A stretch of 46,293 nucleotides of DNA from IMG/VR virus record IMGVR_UViG_2872164251_000001; one strand, given 5' to 3'. Positions 41,571-46,293 of the stretch are shown here, piece by piece. The stretch's first letter is position 1. Each line of letters begins with the position of its first letter. The notes below the pieces were generated by a model that saw only the letters and a program-made list of their open reading frames with translations, had not been told where the DNA came from and did not search any database. The DNA is from a virus (Duplodnaviria; Heunggongvirae; Uroviricota; Caudoviricetes). The position numbers and the translations under genes are program-made.

Positions 41571-42118
41571 TGAGGACGATTGAAGCCATGCAGCGACAAC
41601 TCCTCGGCCTGATTGGGCGGGCCGTGGTGAAAAGCATCAGTGCCGCCACGAAATGTCTGACCGTGGATGTGTCCCTGATTGCCGGTGAACCCAAAGCCGG
41701 GGTTGAACATCTTGAACCCTACGGTTTTACCGCAAGGGCAAACAGCGGTGCGGAAGCGGTGGTGTTGTTTCCGGATGGCGACCGTTCTCATGCGGTGGTT
41801 GTTACGGTGTCAGACCGGCGCTACCGCCTGAAAGGGCTGCAGACGGGTGAGGTGGCTGTCTATGACGATCAGGGGCAGTCCGTGACGCTGACCCGGGAGG
41901 GGATCGTGGTGGACGGTGCAGGTAAAACGATCACGTTTCGCAATGCACCTGAAGCACGTTTTGAAATGGACCTGGAAGTAACAGGACAGGTGAAAGACCT
42001 GTGCGACTCCGGCGGCACCACCATGTCAGCAATGCGGCTTGCCTATAACGGTCATCGTCACAGAGAGAACGGTCAGGGCAGTAACACCGATAAACCTGAT
42101 AAAGCTATGGAGGCATGA
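41570..42118 (+). CDS. Baseplate assembly protein V (spike)
   Basis: 182 aa gpV-like. Confidence 0.65.
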   Translation: MRTIEAMQRQLLGLIGRAVVKSISAATKCLTVDVSLIAGEPKAGVEHLEPYGFTARANSGAEAVVLFPDGDRSHAVVVTVSDRRYRLKGLQTGEVAVYDDQGQSVTLTREGIVVDGAGKTITFRNAPEARFEMDLEVTGQVKDLCDSGGTTMSAMRLAYNGHRHRENGQGSNTDKPDKAMEA

Positions 42119-42543
42119 TGGAACTGTGGCTGACGGTGAACGGTAAACGCACCTGCGCCAGCGCACCGCTGGATCCGCTGACCCGCGCCGTGGTGATTTC
42201 CCTGTTTACCTGGCGGCGGGCGGAGCCTGATGACAACGCCGACGTCCCGATGGGATGGTGGGGGGATACCTGGCCTGCGGTACAGAATGACCGTTACGGC
42301 TCCCGACTGTGGCTGCTTCAGCGCAGCAAACTGACCAATCAGCTGGTGCAGACGGTAAGGGGGTATATCCGCGAATGCCTGCAATGGATGATTGATGACG
42401 GCGTGGTGTCCCGTATTGATCTGGATATCCGCCGCACCGGGATTAATGAACTGGGTAACAGTATCACTCTCTGGCGTCGTGACGGACCGGTAATGATTTC
42501 TTTTGATGATCTGTGGAGTGCGATAACGCATGGCGGACAGTGA
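42115..42543 (+). CDS. Baseplate protein (Mu gp46-like)
   Basis: 142 aa, position. Confidence 0.6.
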   Translation: MMELWLTVNGKRTCASAPLDPLTRAVVISLFTWRRAEPDDNADVPMGWWGDTWPAVQNDRYGSRLWLLQRSKLTNQLVQTVRGYIRECLQWMIDDGVVSRIDLDIRRTGINELGNSITLWRRDGPVMISFDDLWSAITHGGQ

Positions 42544-43588
42544 ATTTCAGCGCCCGACGCTGGCAGAAAATATCAGTATGCTCCGTAACGATTTATTCGC
42601 CAGGCTGGACGTCAGCGACACGCTCCGGCGCATGGATGAAGACGTGCGGGCAAAGGTGTATGCGGCGGCGCTGCATACGGTTTACGGGTACATCGATTAT
42701 CTGGCAATGAACATGCTGCCTGACCTGTGCGATGAGTTCTGGCTGGCGCGACATGCTGCGATGAAACGGTGTCCGCGCAAGGGGGCCACGGCTGCCAGCG
42801 GGTATATGCGCTGGGAAGGTGTCAGCGATGGCCTGAAGGTGACCGCCGGAAGTGTTATTCAGCGCGATGACCTGGTTCAGTACACGGCAACTGCCGATGC
42901 AACCAGCTCCGGTGGTGTCCTGCGCCTGCCGATCGCCTGTTCAACTGCAGGCGCGGTCGGTAACGCTGACGACGGTACGGCATTAATCCTGGTCACGCCG
43001 GTGAATGGTCTGCCGTCTTCCGGTGTTGCAGATACCCTGACAGGTGGATTTGATACTGAAGAGCTGGAAACGTGGCGCGCCCGCGTCATTGAGCGGTATT
43101 ACTGGACGCCGCAGGGCGGGGCTGACGGGGACTATGTCGTCTGGGCTAAAGAAGTGCCCGGCATTACCCGTGCATGGACATACCGTCACTGGATGGGAAC
43201 GGGGACTGTCGGTGTGATGATTGCCAGTAGTGACCTGATTAATCCCATTCCGGAAGAATCAACGGAAACGGCGGCAAGACAACATATCGGGCCACTGGCC
43301 CCGGTGGCAGGCTCTGATTTGTATGTGTTCAGGCCGGTGGCGCATACGGTGGATTTTCATATCCGCGTGACGCCGGATACACCGGAAATACGGGCTGCCA
43401 TCACCGCGGAGTTGCGTTCGTTCCTGCTGCGTGATGGTTATCCGCAGGGAGAACTGAAGGTATCGCGTATCAGTGAGGCGATTTCCGGTGCGAACGGGGA
43501 ATACAGCCATCAGTTGCTTGCCCCGGCTGACAATATCTCCATTGCAAAAAATGAACTGGCGGTTCTGGGGACGATTTCATGGACGTGA
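42530..43588 (+). CDS. Baseplate J-like protein (Mu gp47-like)
   Basis: 352 aa, position. Confidence 0.75.
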   Translation: MADSEFQRPTLAENISMLRNDLFARLDVSDTLRRMDEDVRAKVYAAALHTVYGYIDYLAMNMLPDLCDEFWLARHAAMKRCPRKGATAASGYMRWEGVSDGLKVTAGSVIQRDDLVQYTATADATSSGGVLRLPIACSTAGAVGNADDGTALILVTPVNGLPSSGVADTLTGGFDTEELETWRARVIERYYWTPQGGADGDYVVWAKEVPGITRAWTYRHWMGTGTVGVMIASSDLINPIPEESTETAARQHIGPLAPVAGSDLYVFRPVAHTVDFHIRVTPDTPEIRAAITAELRSFLLRDGYPQGELKVSRISEAISGANGEYSHQLLAPADNISIAKNELAVLGTISWT

Positions 43589-44163
43589 CAAACGATGATT
43601 ACATCCGTCTGTTGTCGGCACTGTTGCCCCCCGGTCCGGCGTGGTCAGCCAGAGATCCGGCGATTGCCGGTGCGGCACCGTCATTAACCCGCGTTCATCA
43701 GCGTGCGGATGTCCTGATGCGGGAGCTGGATCCGCGCACCACCACTGAACTGATAAACCGCTGGGAGCGTCTGTGCGGTCTGCCGGATGAATGTATTCCC
43801 GCAGGAATACAGACCCTTCGCCAGCGTCAGCAACGACTGGATGCGAAGGTTAACCTGGCGGGCGGCATCAATGAGGATTTTTACCTTGCACAGCTTGCTG
43901 CCCTGGGCAGACCAGACGCCACCATCACGCGATACGACAAAAGCACGTTCACCTGCTCATCTGCCTGTACTGACGCGGTGAATGCGCCGGAATGGCGGTA
44001 TTACTGGCAGGTCAACATGCCAGTCGCCACCAACACCACCTGGATGACATGTGGCGATCCCTGTGATTCCGCGCTGCGTATCTGGGGTGACACCGTTGTC
44101 GAGTGTGTGCTTAACAAACTCTGCCCGTCGCATACCTACGTAATTTTTAAATATCCGGAGTAA
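43579..44163 (+). CDS. Tail protein (Mu gp48-like)
   Basis: 194 aa, position. Confidence 0.6.
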   Translation: MDVTNDDYIRLLSALLPPGPAWSARDPAIAGAAPSLTRVHQRADVLMRELDPRTTTELINRWERLCGLPDECIPAGIQTLRQRQQRLDAKVNLAGGINEDFYLAQLAALGRPDATITRYDKSTFTCSSACTDAVNAPEWRYYWQVNMPVATNTTWMTCGDPCDSALRIWGDTVVECVLNKLCPSHTYVIFKYPE

Positions 44164-44166
44164 TCC

Positions 44167-44817
44167 ATGCATCGTATAGACACGAAAACCGCGCAGAAGG
44201 ATAAGTTCGGCGCGGGTAAGAACGGTTTTACCCGTGGTAACCCCCAGACCGGCACACCTGCCACCGATCTGGATGATGACTACTTTGACATGTTGCAGGA
44301 GGAGCTTTGCAGCGTGGTGGAGGCATCCGGTGCCAGCCTGGAGAAGGGGCGGCATGACCAGCTGCTTACCGCGCTTCGTGCGCTGCTGTTAAGCCGCAAG
44401 AATCCGTTTGGCGATATCAAATCGGATGGCACTGTGCAAACGGCTCTCGAAAACCTTGGTTTGGGAGAAGCAGCTAAAAGGAATGTAGGTACAGGGGCGA
44501 ATCAGATACCTGATATGAGCCTGTTCGCGTCAATTAATACCGTAACGGCTGCTGCGCAAAAATTTCCGTCTGGATTAATTTTACAGTGCGGTCAGTTGAA
44601 TGGTGCCCCGAATGTATCTTCAACATACGGGATGAGGTTCCCGATGACGTTCTCAAGAGTCATTGCTGTCGTAGTTACATTGAACGTTACTGGCGCGGCT
44701 GGGCAGCCGACTGTATCGGCGACAAGTGTCCAGAACACTGGATTTAATATTACTGTGTCGCCCGGTTCAGGATACGGTTCATCTGCTGATGCGTATTACA
44801 TTGCAATGGGATATTAA
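44167..44817 (+). CDS. Tail fibre protein
   Basis: 216 aa immediately before tail fibre assembly gene. Confidence 0.55.
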   Translation: MHRIDTKTAQKDKFGAGKNGFTRGNPQTGTPATDLDDDYFDMLQEELCSVVEASGASLEKGRHDQLLTALRALLLSRKNPFGDIKSDGTVQTALENLGLGEAAKRNVGTGANQIPDMSLFASINTVTAAAQKFPSGLILQCGQLNGAPNVSSTYGMRFPMTFSRVIAVVVTLNVTGAAGQPTVSATSVQNTGFNITVSPGSGYGSSADAYYIAMGY

Positions 44818-44821
44818 CGAA

Positions 44822-45223
44822 ATGTCATATTTTTATTCTGCATCGACAAACGGATTTTATTCGACTGAATTTCACGGCACCAATATTCCTGATGATGCAG
44901 TGGAAATTTCGGAATCAGAGTGGAAAACACTGATTAATGCACAGAGTGTAACAAAAATGATTACCTGTGGTGAGAACGGTCATCCTGTCATTGTTGACCG
45001 TCCTTCTCCAACACCAGAACAATTAGCCTTAATAAATGATGAAAAGAAATCTGCACTGATAGCAGAGGCAACGAATGTAATAGCTCCGCTTCAGGATGCG
45101 GTTGATTTAGGTATGGCAACAGATGATGAAACGAAACTGTTACTGGCATGGAAAAAATATCGGGTGCTGCTTATGCGTGTTAATGTAGTAAAACCCGAGT
45201 GGCCTATGCATCCAAATAAATAG
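44822..45223 (+). CDS. Tail fibre assembly protein (Tfa)
   Basis: MSYFYSASTNGFYSTEFHG... typical Tfa N-terminus. Confidence 0.75.
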   Translation: MSYFYSASTNGFYSTEFHGTNIPDDAVEISESEWKTLINAQSVTKMITCGENGHPVIVDRPSPTPEQLALINDEKKSALIAEATNVIAPLQDAVDLGMATDDETKLLLAWKKYRVLLMRVNVVKPEWPMHPNK

Positions 45224-45966
45224 ACTTGTTAATCTAGGATAATTGTTGGAATAATACTCATTTTTCAGTAGGTTCAGGTAGCCTGGGTATAATGCTCACT
45301 TCTACAATGATTTCAACTTATTTTATTTAATTGATATTACGAAACTTAACTCATACATAAACAATATGACTCAATACTGTCCTAAATAGCTGCGCAGAAA
45401 AGTGCTCCACTTTCGCTCAGCCCTTGCTGGGCGAAGCATCAGGAAGGCGTTCTCAGCTAGGTTGTGTTATATCTGGCTTGAGTTTTGTTGCCCATACGCA
45501 ACACATTACCCATCTGTAAACGACAAGTGTGACAGAATTAGGTGCAGCTATTTAGACTATATCGACGCAGTAACGATAATAGATATCGAAACTGTACTAG
45601 ATATTAGCTACTTATGGTTACCGGGGGGAGTCTTTTGAGCACTGGTGTTATCAATCGGCTTCAAATAATTCACCAATAAATTATATTGCGATAGCTCATC
45701 ACCTTCCAGGTTGTTTATAGCCAGTTTATCAGCGTCACCACCTACTGTTTATGCTTTTATTTCTTTGATTAATGAGTATATGATATTTTAATTCATCTGG
45801 TGTATTTCTTTCTCATGTGTTGGCCGACTGAATATCTGTTCAGTGAAGGGGTAATTTTATGTTTGCACTTCGAACATTCCCTTCAGTTGCCAAGAAAGAA
45901 AACCGTAACATTTGCGCATTAATTTTAACAGTATAATCTGAGCATAAATATGCGCTATATATCTAT

Positions 45967-45994
45967 AAAAAGGCGCAATTAATTGCGCCTTTTT
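45967..45994. terminator. Bidirectional rho-independent terminator
   Basis: AGGCGCAATTAATTGCGCCT perfect hairpin flanked by A-run and T-run. Confidence 0.7.
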
Positions 45995-45995
45995 A

Positions 45996-46293
45996 TCATT
46001 TTATCAAAAATGGCCCACCGACTGTCCTCGATAGCCAATGGCCAATTTTATCTGATACATATACACAAATACAGGTATATATGATTGCGCAGATAGGATT
46101 TGGAATGGTCACGCTGAAGCCTATGATTGCTAAAGCCATAGGGATAAATAATTTGGTGATATACTCCATTCCACATATGTTAAGAGTATTTCTTCCAGCT
46201 CTTACAATAAAGTCATTCCCACAAATTATTTTTGCTATAAAAATATTAAATATTATCAAGCCTACCGTGGTGATAATAGTATTAATAGCTTGA
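45996..46293 (-). CDS. C-terminal part of an integral membrane protein (gene continues beyond window); possible O-antigen-modification gene
   Basis: Frame open to window edge, hydrophobic, AT-rich; position distal to tail fibre genes. Confidence 0.4.
   Translation of the reverse strand, partial: QAINTIITTVGLIIFNIFIAKIICGNDFIVRAGRNTLNICGMEYITKLFIPMALAIIGFSVTIPNPICAIIYTCICVYVSDKIGHWLSRTVGGPFLIK

Noticed and set aside
46081-46293. 70-aa plus-strand ORF at the window end
   Set aside because: Overlaps the more convincing minus-strand membrane protein gene that is followed by a terminator; likely the antisense frame

Overview
This window reads as an IS-scarred prophage mosaic from an E. coli/Shigella-type chromosome, made of three phage-derived blocks. 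All calls are from reading the sequence and ORF track by eye; no database search was run. (1) 1-10162: remnant of a lambda-type prophage. It has a tyrosine integrase split by an IS911 insertion, an excisionase-like gene, an IS629-like element where the early region should be, then nin-region genes, lambda-type Q, PR'/6S leader, S-R-Rz/Rz1 and a frameshifted KilA-N gene. (2) 10163-13482: a second IS911 copy (inverted relative to the first, no target duplication), a short P22/Sf6-like ejection-protein fragment and an IS1. (3) 13483-46293: a largely intact CPS-53/SfV-like temperate phage with lambdoid regulation, an HK97-type head and a Mu-type contractile tail, ending in an AT-rich distal region with a partial membrane-protein gene. 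The best candidates for an accessory or defence function are an AT-rich KAP-family P-loop NTPase inserted antisense between Q and the late promoter (23187-24518), an AT-rich 184-aa membrane-anchored protein after the spanins (26238-26792), and the small genes plus structured non-coding stretch just downstream of cI/PL (15194-16232). No multi-gene system with a recognisable novel architecture was found; these are single-gene candidates.
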